Shown: positions 13,110-25,898, numbered from the stretch's first letter. The stretch: 64,000 bases of DNA from Octopus bimaculoides (GCF_001194135.2 NC_068995.1:3448120-3512119); one strand, 5' to 3'. Notes: generated by a model from the letters alone, not told the origin. Numbers and translations are program-made.

Positions 13110-13465
13110 NNNNNNNNNNNNNNNNNNNNNNNNNNNNNNNNNNNNNNNNNNNNNNNNNNNNNNNNNNNNNNNNNNNNNNNNNNNNNNNNNNNNNNNNNNN
13201 NNNNNNNNNNNNNNNNNNNNNNNNNNNNNNNNNNNNNNNNNNNNNAAAAGAAGCCTGTCATATATATATATATGTGTGTGTTTGTCCCCCACCATCGCTT
13301 GACAACCGATGTTGGTGTGTTTACATGCCCGTAACCTAGAGGTTCGGCAACAGAGATCTGATAGAATAAGTACTAGGCTTACAAAGAATAAGTCCTGGGA
13401 TCAATTTGTTCAACTAAAGGCGGTGCTCCAGCATGGCCGCAGTCAACTGACTGAAACAAATAAAA
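12925..13465 (+). mobile_element. SINE family A with an internal (TA)n array and assembly gap
   Basis: Head GTGTGGTAAGGAGCTT...; tail ...GGCGGTGCTCCAGCATGGCCGCAGTC...TGAAACAAATAAAAG. Confidence 0.85.
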
Positions 13466-14097
13466 GAATTTATATAGAAATAGAAAGGGTTTAGACCACT
13501 GGTGATCCAAACTTATCGGTACACTGAGTACCCCAAGTGATAAGATACTATGATCCAAGTACATAATGGGGCTGGAGTTGGGGATCCGTAGCCTACTTCT
13601 GAGTCAGCAGAAGAGGAAGAGGAAAACAAAAGGCAGGACAGGCTTATCAGATCATTTAAATGGGTGAATTGAAGTAAGCAAAAGTGTCTTACTTCGATTC
13701 ACCATTAAAATAATTCAAATGATCTGATAAGCTTGTCCAGCCTAGATTTTGCTTTTGTCTTCCATTAATGTCTATATATGTATGTATATATCGTCTGTAA
13801 AAGACATAAATCCAAAAGAAGAAGCACAATCTAAGATATAGAGCAGTATAGATTAAAAATTTGGAAAGCCGGTTTATGGGGTTTACCTTAGGTTGGTCTT
13901 GGGCCAACCGGGTTTGGGATCTGACAATACACCATAAAGCTAAGCCCTTTATGGAAGGGAAATCTAAGGTAATCCCCTAAACCTGCCTTCTCTATTTTTA
14001 CTATATATATATGATGATGGACGTCCACTCGTGATCGAGGAAGACCATTGCCGACCTTCGGGAACATTGTGCGCTCTAGGACCAACTTATACTTTGC

Positions 14098-14142
<45 letters not shown>

Positions 14143-14401
14143 TATGCATTACTATCATCATCAATGTTTAATGTCTGTTTTCCATGCTGGTAAGGGGTGG
14201 ATGATTTAACAGCAGCTGACCAGCCAGAGAGCTGCCCCAGGTTCCAATTGTCTGCTGTGGCAGGGTTTCTTCAGCTGGATGCCCTTTCTAATGCCAGCCA
14301 CTTTTCAGAGTATACTGGGTGTTCTTCACGTGGTACCATCGCCAGTGCTTTTCACATAGCACCATCACTAGAGTTTTTTTTACATGGTACCAGCACCACA
14401 T

Positions 14402-14466
14402 TACAGGGTGTCCCAAAAATTTGACATCATTTCTTCTCAAATGATGTCAAATGTTTTGGGACATTC
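14402..14466. mobile_element. Tiny Tc1-like palindromic element / hairpin
   Basis: Begins TACAGGGTGTCCCAAAA (Tc1-like end); 24-bp stem with one bulge and a 6-nt loop (14409-14463). Confidence 0.55.
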
Positions 14467-16099
14467 AGAAAGTTTTGCAGGCAGCAGTTTGCCCATGACT
14501 AAGTGTATCAGGGAAACACCAAGCTGACTGATAGGGGAAGCACCACATTGACTGATAGGTAAGCTTCCATCCACCAGTAAATACGATGACTAACTGGCGA
14601 GCCAGCCGAGCTGTGTCTTCTCTCTGTTTCTACTGCAACCATCACAACAGCCTAAGTTCATCTGAACTTATTGACTATAAATAACTTCCATTTAAAACAG
14701 CAACACACACACACAGAATCTGTGTCACTGTATAATTAGTTATCTTTTATCTTTTGTTACAGCTGTTGGAATGCGGCCATGCTGGAGTACCCCCTTCAAG
14801 GGTTGAGTTAAACGAATTGACCCCTTGCTTTTTTTTTCTTCTTCTTTCTTTAACGTCTGGAACTAATTCTATCGGTCTCTTTTGCAGGCTGATTAAATTA
14901 ACACATTATATATATAAAAACATTGTAGTTCGCTTGAAGCATTGTAATAGAGAAATAGAAAAATGAGGAAAGCTTCTAACAATGCAGATATGGAAGTTGA
15001 AAAATCTTTTTATATTTCGAGTGGAAAGGCCCATTTTCAGTATATCTATCTGTATATTTATACGCATACACGCGATGGGCTTCTTTCAGTTTCCGTCTAC
15101 CAATTCCACTCGTAAGGCTTTGGTAGGACCGCTGCTATAGAAGACACCCGCATAATGTTCAGTGTGGTGAGACTGAACTTAGAACGACATGGTTTGCCTA
15201 TAGTACTAATGCATCGTTGTTAAGACTATGTATATAGAAGTCACAATATCTTTAAGAGGTATATTTCATCGCACCATGGTACAGCAAACCCTACTTTTTT
15301 TAAAAGTAGGGTAGGAAATATATACGAACTAAACTTCACTATTTCCCCACCATAAGAGTACCCACAAAATCAACAAGTATTAGAAGGCGGCAAGAGAATA
15401 AAGAATAGCATTTTAAATTAAATTCAAAATGATTTCTTTTTGCTTAGAGTCATGAAAAAAGAATTTGGCGCTTTTATTTTCCCAGAGGATCACGTAAGTT
15501 GTTTACGTCGACAAAAATGAAGCTGTCATTCTGGACGTAAAGCCATAGTTTTATATACTTTTTAATTACAAATAATGAATCTTTAAATAATTATTTAATT
15601 GCATAAACTGCCTAACGAACTCAATTAAATAAGAGCCGAACTTGTGTGCGTAAACGAAGGCTATAATTGTACCTCGAGGATCTGATATGAACCACTAAGT
15701 CATGTTATATAATTTCATCTTTCTTTTAATAATTTCATTTTCTAGGCAATCACTTTGCAGCTTCTCTTTCGACGAGGTAAACACTTTTACTTTCGTGGGT
15801 GCTCGGAAACGAAGCGCCAAGAATTTTAGAAAGCGAAGGGGTTTTATGAGATAATATCGCTTAAAAACAAACTAAATTACTACCAATAGTTTGAATATGA
15901 CGTTAATGGGAAAACAGCGCCACAATGAAGTCACGAAAACTATTTTCAGTACCCTGTTTCCGTTATTTTCCAAACCGTTTTCTCCATCAAATAAAATATT
16001 TACGACATTAATAAAGAGTTTTTGTTAAAAAAAGCCGTTGAGAAGCAACGTGGTTGCCAGGAGCAACAAGTTTGTTTACACAGTCAAAAGAGTTCTTAC

Positions 16100-16170
16100 T
16101 TGTCACGTGACGTGTAACCGGGGAAAGAATTTACGAGACCGGATGAAAGGAACGAGACCGATTCGAAAAT
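16100..16170 (-). other. Candidate non-coding exon 1 of the SWSAP1-like gene (5' end approximate)
   Basis: The ATG exon begins with an acceptor, so an upstream exon is required. A minus-strand donor ACAA|GTAAGA lies at 16100/16099, just downstream (minus sense) of the CCAAT/CRE cluster. Splicing would give ACAAAATGG, a good Kozak context. Other donors (e.g. GAT|GTATGT at 12287) cannot be excluded. Confidence 0.35.
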
Positions 16171-16422
16171 CAGCAACAATAAAAAAAAAAATCTTCCGCT
16201 GTTAAATGAGTCTGACGCTTTGATTGGCTGAAGATGACGTCATCTGTCAACCTTCAATGAATGACGTCATCGATAGATGTAATCTTAATTGCATGTCGGG
16301 GAGTGGGAAAATAGTAAGAATCAAATAATTGTAAACAGAAAAAAAATACTTCATTATTAATTTACTAACTTATCATTTCTATCAACAATCACTCAAAAAA
16401 ATGTACATTGTAGTAGACCAAT
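16102..16422. promoter_or_regulatory. CpG-rich, probably bidirectional promoter: E-box, CCAAT boxes, two full CREs
   Basis: GTCACGTGAC 16102-16111; ATTGG (CAGCCAATCA on minus) 16221-16230; AGATGACGTCATCT 16232-16245; ATGACGTCAT 16261-16270; CCAAT 16418-16422. Located between the 5' ends of two divergent genes. Confidence 0.7.
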
Positions 16423-16799
16423 GAGAAAATAATTCCAACACAAAGATTCAATTTAAATAATTTAGAATTTTATTTGCTCTACGGTCATGTTGAGCCGTTG
16501 AAAATTCATTTTTGTGGTTTGATTTAAAATAAATATGAAAATGCAACAAGTGTTGAGGCTGTTATTTGCAAGAGCAGTGACATAAAAGCAACGAGTGTCT
16601 GCGGAGAAGAATATGAGAAAAGAGAAAATGTTTACAGGACGAATAAGGAGGAGGAAGAGGAGAAATATATTAGTGATGCTAGAATGTGAATGGATGTTAT
16701 TAAAAAGTGTTGTAAGGAAGAAGAAAATACATAATAATGGAATATTTATTAATAAAGCTTGAACGACAGAAAAGAAGTTAATTACGGCGTCACTGGTCT

Positions 16800-17821
16800 T
16801 GTTAGATAAGGGCGGCGGCAGAGGAGTGCTGATGGCGGTGTGGTCGTCGTCGCCGCCGCCGCCGCACCATTGTTACTGTGTGATGACGCAGGGTGAGAGG
16901 AAGAAGAAGGTAAATGAAGAAAGGGGAAGGAAGAAGAGTGTGAGAGTGGGAGAAGGAGAGAGAGTGTAGAAGAGTGGACGAGATAAAGAGAGGGAAAGTA
17001 GAGTAAAAGATTAGAACAAGAGAAAGAGGAAAAGAAAATGAGTGAGAGATAGAGTAGAAGAAGAAATAAAGACGGAAGGCAGGATATAAGAGCGAGAGAA
17101 AGACGGATTTAGAGGGAAAAAGAAACATTAAAATCGGAGGTTAAGAGAGAAGTGAAAGAGTGAGAGAAAAGCAAGGAAGGAAGAAAGAGAGAGGAAGAGT
17201 AAGTAAGCGAGACAGAGAGGAAGGGGAGGATAAAGGAAAAGACTAAGAGGAAGATAAAAGAAAGGAAAGAGTGAAAAGAAGTAAAGGGAGAGTGAGAGCG
17301 GGTGTAAAAGAATGACAGGAAAGACAAAATAAGGGGGGGAAAGAGTGAGAGGCAGAGTTAGGAAGGAGTGTTGGCGGCGCCGCGTTATCGCTGGGAACAA
17401 CAACGTCAGCAGCAGCAGCAGCAGTGTTGAGATGATGATGATAACGTTGATGATGATGATGATGATGATGGCAGTGGTGGAGGAGGAGGCAGTGGCTACC
17501 TGATGAACGGAGAAGACAACAGAAGCAGCCGTGGCTGGGAATAAGGCAAGGCCCATCGCTGCTACCTCCACTTTTTTTTAAAAAACAAAAACAAAAACTG
17601 TGGTGTTTTTTTTTTTTTTTACTTTTCAACAAAAAAGAAATATTTCTTCTTTTTGTCCGCACTTTTTAAAAAACTTTCCTTAAATCTTACACAAAAAAAG
17701 GAGAAAAATAAACGAGAAGGAATTAAAAAAGACACAAACAAATATATAAAAATATAAAATTTTTTATTTAAAAGAAAAAAAAAAGGGCGAGGCGAGGCCA
17801 GTAATATTTTTTAATTGCCAG
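16800..17821 (+). other. Probable 5' non-coding leader exon(s) of the DUSP8/16-like gene
   Basis: GC/CpG-rich segments with (GCC)n, (CAG)n and (GAT)n runs typical of first exons; donors AAG|GTAAAT at 16909 and CAG|GTAGGT at 17821. Whether this is one exon or two alternative first exons cannot be resolved. Confidence 0.45.
16890..17380 (+). repeat. Polypurine/polypyrimidine low-complexity tract
   Basis: ~490 nt strongly dominated by A/G on the plus strand (GA/GGA/GAA runs). Confidence 0.85.
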
Positions 17822-18579
17822 GTAGGTGCGACCTTTCCTCTCTGTTTCTCTCTTTTTCTTCTGTATGTCACACACAACCCACATTTTATAATCATTTAGG
17901 GATCAATAGGGGTATACTATGGTTTATTACAGGGGTTTAAAATCCAAACGACAGCTGTGTTTGTCACCCGGAATCGGTTAAAGCAAAACCTAATTAAGCA
18001 GGACATCGGAATCTGTCTTCATCTCTGACTGCAACTGGTTGGTGTACATTTCACAGACACAGACACATAATTACTATGGGTTGTTACTTATTATTATTTT
18101 AAAAACCATTTGCTGTCAACGATCGCTGACCCCTTTACTTACTGCTTCGTCTTGACCCCTAACTGCATAAAACACAGTACTTGAATCGTGCGATTTTAAA
18201 CATAAACGAAACCCCACCCCTTTAACAGGAAAAAAAAAAGCCCTATTTCTGTTAACATCGCAGACACTTCAAAATGGATGACTAGTTTTTTTTCATCTTG
18301 CTTCCTCACTTTGCAGCCTCTTTTCCTCACTTTATTCCGCGTAAACACACGGAATTTCTACCCGAACTGGATCTGAGTTTGTTTGTAGTTTCGAAATATA
18401 ATTAACGGGTGGATTGTCGATGGGTCATTAACGGGTGGATGGGGCCGAACTGTTAAACAGAGTTGGCTGTTTTAGATCTGTGTGTATACACGCACATGGC
18501 TTGGTTGGTGTTGGGGGTAAGTTTTTCATGTGTGAACAACATTGGCATACATCTGGCCAGCTACCTCACCTCTATAGAC

Positions 18580-18965
18580 ACGTATATACATACGCATATA
18601 TATATATAGCATATATATATAATTGATGTAGATACATTTGTGTTTATGTATTCTTATATGCCAAATACAGTATATATTATGGATATATATATATCATATG
18701 TTGCATAATTGCATATATACATACTGTGGGTTGTTTGTCTTGGCACATATATAGACACACACATATAAACACGTATTAATGTATATATGTATATATATAT
18801 ATATACCTACAATGTATATTGCATGTGTTGTATGTGTATAAATAAATTTATATACCTATATATGTAAATACACAAACATGTACATCTATATATCTCATAT
18901 GTTGCATATATATATTGTGTAATACGTGTGTGTATATATATTTGAGATTGTGATTTGAGGTTGTA

Positions 18966-18998
<33 letters not shown>

Positions 18999-19633
18999 GT
19001 ATCCTTTATTTATAAGGGTACATGAGTAATATGTTTAGTTTACTACAGGTAATTGTATGTGTGTGGGGGAATGTACTGAGAATCGAGCCCTCAATCTCAG
19101 ATTTCCTTACTGAGAAAAATATACTTAGAATTAGTCACAACATAGAGATCTATCTATCTATCATATTTATATAATGTACTATGCGCGCGCGTATATATAT
19201 ATATGTATGTATGTACTGCGTGTGTGTGTGTGTGTGAGTCATGTTGTAAACACATTTTGAGAGGTGTGTATCACAATAGCTTTCCCATGACTCAGTGTTA
19301 TATATACACACACAGACACTCGCACACAGATAACGGCAGGATTTTCAACTCTATGCACATACATACACACATGGATATATATGGTTGCTTTTATATAGTA
19401 AGGCTGGTTCTTGTAAACGCATATTTGTGAGGATATATCACCTAGATCACCGATATAGAAATGTCGACATACATATTTGCGTGTGTATATATGTGTGTGT
19501 TTTTGTGTATATAGATATGTATGTGTGTATATTGTGGATTGTTGACAAAAAGTAGTTGATGATGAAATCTTTATTGTAAATACTGTCTTAAATGAGGAAT
19601 ATATATATATACAAATATGACAGCTGTGTACAA

Positions 19634-19685
<52 letters not shown>

Positions 19686-19856
19686 GTTATGTGTGTATGT
19701 GTGTGTATATATAAACATATATATATATGTACGTGTGTTGAATTTTGTAATATATACAATTCTTTTTTGTATTGTTGATATTCATGTACAATGCAATATC
19801 ATATTGCTATATATACACTGCCATATCGCTTCATATACATATATGTACGCGCATAC

Positions 19857-19898
<42 letters not shown>

Positions 19899-19908
19899 NN
19901 NNNNNNNN

Positions 19909-19948
<40 letters not shown>

Positions 19949-19990
19949 ACTCACATTCACACAATGCTATATCATGTTGCAGTATTTATA
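18580..19990. repeat. (TA)n/(TG)n/(CA)n microsatellite-rich block
   Basis: Directly visible; similar blocks flank most N-gaps. Confidence 0.9.
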
Positions 19991-20626
19991 ACTATTATAT
20001 TGTGTTAATGTAGCGATAGTAGTACTCAATGCTTAGTTTAAATATGTGCAGAGTCAAGCATAAGAATATAAATAGACTCTAAACATCTAAATATATTATG
20101 AACATCGAATGTGTTTTTCAACAACATAAATCCATGTGTAACGCACATCAAAACATTCGTATGAACTTGAACGCTTTTGACGTATCCATGTTTCATATGT
20201 TACATAAACAATCGTCAGTGGATTATCGATAGGTTTTACAATCGAATACACACCCATAGACACACGTTGCCCTGTTTGTTGAAACGATAGTTGTGTCACT
20301 ATCGTGTATTGAATACTAAATTCATGAGCTATCCACTTTGATTCAACCAAATTCACTGAAGACTATAATACAGTATATATATATATATGTTATATATAGT
20401 ATGTTATATTCGCGTATGTATATACTGTCTCACTGTTTGTGGACTGTTTTGTCTCCACGGTTTAACACTGGTTGTTGTGTTTAGTATGCAAATTGCGGGC
20501 AGCTTTAGGGTGGAAGCATTTATAAATTACGATAAGGATCAGAGAAATTCTCGTTAAGCTATTGGACATCTGATGAGAAATCAATTATTATATAATGATG
20601 ATAACAACAACAGTTATTATTATTGT

Positions 20627-21008
20627 TTCTAATTTTGGCACAAGGCCGGCAGTTTTAGGAGTAGGAGGGGTAATGTTGATTATGTTGATCCCTAGTAGTC
20701 AGCTGGTACTTACTTCATGGAACCTAGAAGGATTAAAGACAAAATAGACCTTGGCGAGATTTAAAATTAGAAAGCAAAGAACTAGAAGGAATTCCATTAA
20801 GCATTTTATCTGACACGCTCTCGCTGCCTTAATAATAATAATGATTTCAAATTTTGTCACAAGGGCAGCCATTTTGGGGGAGATAAGATGATTACATCAA
20901 CCCCAGTGTTTCTCTAGTACTTAATTTATCGACCCCCCCCCCAAAAAAAAAGGATGAAAGGCAAAGTCGACCTCGGCAGAATTTCAACTCAGAACGTAGC
21001 GACAGATG
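20627..21008 (-). mobile_element. Two tandem SINE family B copies
   Basis: ~20627-20832 (old) and ~20843-21008, with (AAT)n spacers. Confidence 0.75.
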
Positions 21009-21143
21009 AAAATAATAACAATAATAATAATAATAATAATAATAATGTGTAAACTGACAGTGGTTTCTAACGTACTTAGTCTCTGAAATATTGCAAAACT
21101 GCAACAAATTAGAAAACCCAGATTTGTTTAGTTTTATTCATTA

Positions 21144-21182
<39 letters not shown>

Positions 21183-22238
21183 GGAGACATAAACAAGGTC
21201 TCGGCTATTTAGGGGAAGAAAATTGGTGTACGAGCCCCAACAAGTGAGTGTTATATGGTCCCCTAACTGCTAGATGAAGCAGCAAAATCTCCTTCGAATC
21301 TCAGACAAACAGTCTTATATAAGGCAGCATGATCATATCTGGAAGATGTTGATTATAGTTCTTGCTTGCATAACGTTGACCTGGGGCTAAACAACTAAAT
21401 AACTAACTGCTGCTGCTGCTGCTGCTACTACTACTACAATAGTAAACAGCGACAACTACAACATTAATGTGGGCCTCGTGTGTCAGAAGACCTTGTAACA
21501 CGAACAGACTGATGCTGGTTGCTAACATTATTATGTTGTCTGTGATATGTCACAAGCCTGTCGTCCTTCATTGCTGCTAGCTTCACTAACCAATATCCTG
21601 ACCGTCCACCACCCTCTGCTCTCCCTCCATTCATACAGTCATTGTCTTTCCTGCCTTCCTTCCCCCCCTCCTTCCTCACTATATAATATCGTCACACATA
21701 ACCATGTTACCTGCACTGTCACCATTCCTTTTCACAAACATTATTGATGGCATCTCGGTGCACATTTTTTTTTCACTTATTTTGCTCTGTTTCTACAGGC
21801 TAACCGTTTTTATCACTTCCGTGGTGATTTTCATTTTGAAATCAATACCTCATGCCAAGCAGCCAACATATATATACACATACATACATATACACATATA
21901 TATTTGTGATTACAATTCTCTGTGTGTATATGAACATTTCATTCAATAGGGGCAGCTATCGCTCAGTAGGAACCACCATTAACGCTTCCAGTATAAGCTT
22001 CTACTTAATTCATCTTTATCAAGCTTATTGCAGCTTGTTGCAACATTCTAGACGTGCATCTAGTCTTTACCTGGTCTTAATTTGCAGAAATTACCCTGAT
22101 TTTGTTGGGGTTTTTTTTTTGTGTATTTTGTTTTGGTTTCTTTTCTTCATAGAAAATTAGGTTTGTAATTCTTAAGATTTGGAAATATTTATCAGTTGAA
22201 ATATCTGTGCATAATATATAATTTGGAAAGTTTCATAT

Positions 22239-22310
<72 letters not shown>

Positions 22311-22555
22311 NNNNNNNNNNNNNNNNNNNNNNNNNNNNNNNNNNNNNNNNNNNNNNNNNNNNNNNNNNNNNNNNNNNNNNNNNNNNNNNNNNNNNNNNNN
22401 NNNNNNNNNNNNNNNNNNNNNNNNNNNNNNNNNNNNNNNNNNNNNNNNNNNNNNNNNNNNNNNNNNNNNNNNNNNNNNNNNNNNNNNNNNNNNNNNNNNN
22501 NNNNNNNNNNNNNNNNNNNNNNNNNNNNNNNNNNNNNNNNNNNNNNNNNNNNNNN

Positions 22556-22596
<41 letters not shown>

Positions 22597-24049
22597 TGTG
22601 TGTGACTGTATACTTATATACATGTGTATATGTATGCGTGTGCATGTGTGTGTACATGAGCCGGTGAATTAGCGGAGTTGTTAAACTTGAGAGAGAACAC
22701 CTCGCCATATTTGTTCTTGAAACTCTTCACTCTCAGCTCAAATCCAGCTGAAGTCACTATCGTCTTCTCTCTCAGGACCGATAGCAGAGTGCCAGTCCTG
22801 AGATGCGGATTGATTGAGTTGTAGAGATGTCGGAATGGATGCAAGGAGATTTAATCACTCAGGACTTTAGATGGGGTCCCAGTTTAGTGGAGTCTGGTTG
22901 TTATGGTGGATAGAATTTTCTTACACTGACCATGGTTTCAGTTTTTTCAAATTAATTTAATGTTTAATTAACCAACATTGTAGAGTCTGTTTTTAATTTC
23001 ATTTCATTCTATTCAATTGCCATTATTAGATTGGTCTAATAAAGAGTAGTTTAATATATATTTGTTTGTTTATATTTTAATTTCATTTGGCATCCTGGGG
23101 TTTCCGATGTAATCTTTTCTGTTCCTGGCTGGTCACATAGTTTTAGTTTCTTTGCTAGTTGTTGGTTTGTAAAAGTGCATACTGTTATATTGACTCTGTT
23201 TCATTACAAGTACATGTTTGTGTTTTAGTCATTATGTTAGTATTTCTCAAGCAGTGTTTAAATACATTTCCTTATGCTGTTGACAACATTTGATTGATTG
23301 GTACTTGTTAGTGTCAAAACCACAATGATTTCTGATGGAGCAGCTGATGATGGAATGTCTCTATTTAGATAAGTTTTGTTGTCATTGTATTATATAGTTG
23401 TTTGTACATTCCTCTTCTTTTACATTTCCATTTTTTCTTTGTTTATTCTTTGGTGTAGTTCAGCATATCACTGTTACCCTTCTTTGCCATCCTACATGTA
23501 AGGTTCTTCCAATGTCTTGTATGGGTCTAGGTTTAGTTGCACTTGTTTCTGTTAGCCATTATTTCACTTTATTGTTCAGGGATTATATGAGTCATATACC
23601 TAATTAGATCTAGATGAAGCTTTTAGTTCATTATTACTGTCAGTTTGTCAGGAATTTAGTGATTACAGGAGTAATTAGGTTAGACATTCACTCGTAATTA
23701 CATTATGATGGATATGTGACTCACACCTACATACACATGCATAAATACATGTGTTTGGTGTAATTATTTATGCATACATGTGGATAAATAAGCATTGCAT
23801 TTGACAGGGTAATTCTGAGTCCTAAAGGGTTAAGCCATACAAAAGTAGAGTTATTTCCATACATTTCTGTATTTCCTCAGAAGTGAGGGTCATGTCCTTG
23901 GTGTTAGTAAAATGTCCCCTGTATTGCACATCTCTATTTGATTGCCATCCACTTTACCTAGTGCTATGGGTGCATTTTATCATTATACCCCTGTTGTGTT
24001 GGTTCTACGATAAGATGCACTTTGACCTGTGTGTATAGTGAACGATGAT

Positions 24050-24802
24050 GATGATGACGATGATGGAATGGAAAGAGTGTAGGTTAATGAGGATCCTTTA
24101 CTTGCATCATGGACCTGACAGCCTCTCTAGTGCTGGTGCCATGATAAAACACACCCAGTACGTTGTGCACTGTCTTTGGTGGTATGAAGGCCATCCAGTT
24201 GTATAAACTGTGCCAGACATGGGACATGGGAGCAACAAATATGTTTCTGACCCCACATAGGGTAGTAACTCTGACTAAGGATTGTATCAGGTTATGATGA
24301 TTCGTCTGACCCATGCCAGCATTGAAAAACAGACCATGGCACTCATGCCAGTGGAATGTTAAAAGCACATCTGAGCGTGATCGTTGCCAGGGCCACAGAT
24401 TGGCTCCTGTGCCGGTGGCACGTAAAAAGCACCATTAGAGTGTGATCGTTGCCAGTGTCGCCTTACCAGCACATGTGCTGGTGGCACTTGAAAAACAACA
24501 TTCGAGTGTGGTTGTTGCCAGTGCTGCTGGACTGGCTCCCGTGCAGGTAGTATGTAAAAAACACCTTTTGAGTGTGGTCGTTGTCAGAACAGCCTGACTG
24601 GCCCTCGTGCCAGTGGCATGTAAAAGTACCCACTACACTTTCGGACTGGTTGGCGTTCGGGAGGGCATCTAGCTGTAGAAACTTTGCCAGATCAGATTGA
24701 ACCTGTTGCAGCCTTCTGGCTCACCAGTTCTCAGTCAAGCCATCCAACCCATGCCAGCATGGAAAGCAGATGTTAAATGACAACGATGATGATGATGATG
24801 AG
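24050..24802. mobile_element. SINE family C copies head-to-head (- ~24050-24360; + ~24370-24802) with four internal 65-66-bp repeats
   Basis: GGAAGGGCATCCAGCTGTA core and CATGCCAGCATGGAAAGCAGATGTTAAATGA(TGA)n tail; repeat units start at 24373, 24438, 24504 and 24570. Confidence 0.75.
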
Positions 24803-24834
24803 ATATATCTTTGATGAGGATGGTGATGATGATC

Positions 24835-25240
24835 TTGTTTCAATCGTTAGACTGCAGCTATGTTAGAGCAATGCTTGAAGAGTTTAGTGAAACCAATTAA
24901 CTCCAGAGTATATATTTATATATTTAAAGTCTGGTACTTAATCTGTCAGTTTTTTTTTGTTAAACTGCTAAGTTATGGGGTGTAAAGAAGGAACTATCAC
25001 GGGTTGTCAGCATTTTTGGTAAACAAAACACAAATGTGAAGGCCCACACACATAGACACGTACATAGATATATGACGGCCTTCTTTCAGTTTCCATCTAC
25101 AAAATCCACTCGCAAGGTTTTGACCTTTGATAGGCCTGAAGCTACCGTACTAGACACTTATCCCAGGTGTCACGCAGTGGGACTGAACCGAGAACCATGT
25201 AGTTGAAAAGTAAGCTTCTTACCACGCAACCACTCCTTTT
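24835..25240 (-). mobile_element. SINE family A
   Basis: Near full length, reverse orientation. Confidence 0.8.
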
Positions 25241-25683
25241 TACTGAACAATTTAAAAACAAAAAACCAACACGACTTCTCATTTACCCTCTTCGCTTCAC
25301 TGATCTCACTCTATGATCCGTGGCCAGAGATCTATGTAGCGCTGGGTTAACGCTGAATGTCACTCATTTCACTCTGTCTGTCTCTCAATGAGCAACTGGT
25401 TTCTTTAAATTGAGAAATTTGTAGTAATGTCATGTTAATTTTTGATTTCATTAAAGGAATTCATTCAACCATGCCTGTTTACGAGTGGAGACTTACCCAC
25501 CAGGTGAATTTCATAATTGCTACCAGCCAGCTATTGTTGGTGCTGTTATTATTATTTCCACCACCACCACCACCACCACCACTACTACTACTTCTACTAC
25601 CATCACCATCACCGGTGGTGTGGTGGATCCGCAGAATATTTGGAGTGTTGGAGAAAACGCTTTGCGATATTTATTCCCAGCTC

Positions 25684-25886
25684 AAGGTGGTGAGCTGGCG
25701 GAATCGTGAGCATGCCGGACAAAACGCTTAGTGGCATTTCATCTGTCTTTACGTTCTGAGTTCAAATTCTGCTGAGGTCAATTGTGCCTTTCATCCTTTT
25801 GAGGTCGATAAATTAAGTTGAACATTGGGGTCAATGTCATCGACACCCCACCCTCAAAATGGCTGCCCTGTGGCAAAATTTGTAAC
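25684..25886 (+). mobile_element. SINE family B
   Basis: Full consensus match. Confidence 0.85.
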
Positions 25887-25898
25887 CACTATTATTAT

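Noticed and set aside
16802-17662. Minus-strand ORFs rich in F/L/S
   Set aside because: Translation of the polypyrimidine strand of the purine tract.
20096-20356. 86-aa minus-strand ORF in unique sequence
   Set aside because: No motif or splice support that I can recognise.
22900-23600. Possible Penelope-like GIY-YIG remnant on the minus strand (KDYIG-like fragment); similar weak hint at ~44560-44700
   Set aside because: Too degenerate to support without a translated repeat-library search.
25432-25731. Poly-Pro / poly-Thr ORFs
   Set aside because: Derived from (CCA)n/(CTA)n microsatellite running into a SINE.
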